This document shows, in pieces, positions 63,646 through 64,000 of a DNA stretch of 64,000 bases (positions within the stretch are counted from its first letter, which is position 1; the number at the start of each line of letters is the position of its first letter). The stretch comes from Oscillospiraceae bacterium. GTDB lineage: Bacteria; Bacillota; Clostridia; Oscillospirales; JAKOTC01. The notes under the pieces were generated by a model. That model was not told the DNA's origin, did not search any database, and worked only from the letters and a program-made list of their open reading frames with translations. The stretch spans positions 4,703 through 68,702 of the forward strand of contig DAOPZJ010000002.1 in NCBI GenBank assembly GCA_035353335.1, written 5' to 3'. Position numbers and translations under genes: made by a program.

Positions 63646-64000
63646 TCACTTAAACGTAATCAACTGTAAAAGCGCATCGAGCGAATAATACGGCCAAGCA
63701 TTCGTGTTTTCGTTCAACTGCAAAACAATCAGCTTTCCGCCCGTCTCGAAGAAGAAGTAGTGAGTATGAGTCATCGCACCGCCCAGAATACTAGCTGTGA
63801 TATCGGCATACCGGACATTGCCCAAGGAGCAAGTTCCATCTTTGATCGTCGTATTGGAAACCGCCCAGTTGTATTTCATGAAGTATTCCTGCAGCATCCG
63901 GTCAGCTGCGGCGGAGAAGGTCTCCCCATTTAGTTCGTAACCGGTCAGGGTGATCATGCAATCATGCCCGTTAATTGTGCAGGAGTTCTCGCTCTCGTAA
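63646..64000 (-). CDS. Hypothetical protein, probably 5'-truncated by the window edge
   Basis: The frame stays open upstream of ATG 63957 to position 64000 (..YESENSCTINGHDC-MITLTG..). No domain recognised. Confidence 0.45.
   Translation of the reverse strand, partial: YESENSCTINGHDCMITLTGYELNGETFSAAADRMLQEYFMKYNWAVSNTTIKDGTCSLGNVRYADITASILGGAMTHTHYFFFETGGKLIVLQLNENTNAWPYYSLDALLQLITFK

Noticed and set aside
1-64000. Known defence, mobile or secondary-metabolite cassettes (restriction-modification, toxin-antitoxin, CRISPR-Cas, retron, integrase or transposase, BGC core enzymes)
   Set aside because: I inspected every ORF of 60 aa or more. I recognised no nuclease/ATPase defence architecture, reverse transcriptase, recombinase or biosynthetic core. 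The only methyltransferase has no adjacent endonuclease and looks RNA-directed.

Overview
The window looks like a chromosomal segment of a spore-forming Firmicute. Class Clostridia, possibly Oscillospirales-like, is inferred only from gene content and style. Most of it is housekeeping. One long minus-strand block runs hprK-glcK-murB-whiA-dnaE. Other core genes are dgt-dnaG-rpoD, rmuC, metY, prs-pth-mfd, murT-gatD, nifS-nifU-mnmA, a tandem pfp-pfkA pair, fba, xth and thiN. There is also a four-gene gerA-type germinant receptor operon and one tRNA-Leu(CAG). The first ~15 kb and the tRNA-flanking region look more accessory: three XRE-HTH fusion proteins, an ECF sigma module, a methyltransferase, an AraC regulator and a nitrilase-family gene. 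I saw no CRISPR array, integrase, transposase or recognisable prophage or defence cassette. The observations I consider most worth follow-up are listed here. (1) A MurT/GatD pair in which the GatD homologue appears to lack both the catalytic Cys and His. (2) An XRE-HTH fused to an ADP-ribosylglycohydrolase. (3) An ECF sigma mini-regulon marked by three copies of a ~45-nt promoter-like motif. (4) A 5'-truncated tyrS remnant joined in a different frame to a 3'-truncated AraC/GyrI-like gene. (5) A dispersed family of intergenic elements made of GC hairpins plus A/T-rich degenerate heptamer tracts, recurring in at least ten intergenic gaps. All functional calls rest on motif recognition by eye from the supplied translations. 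No searches were run.
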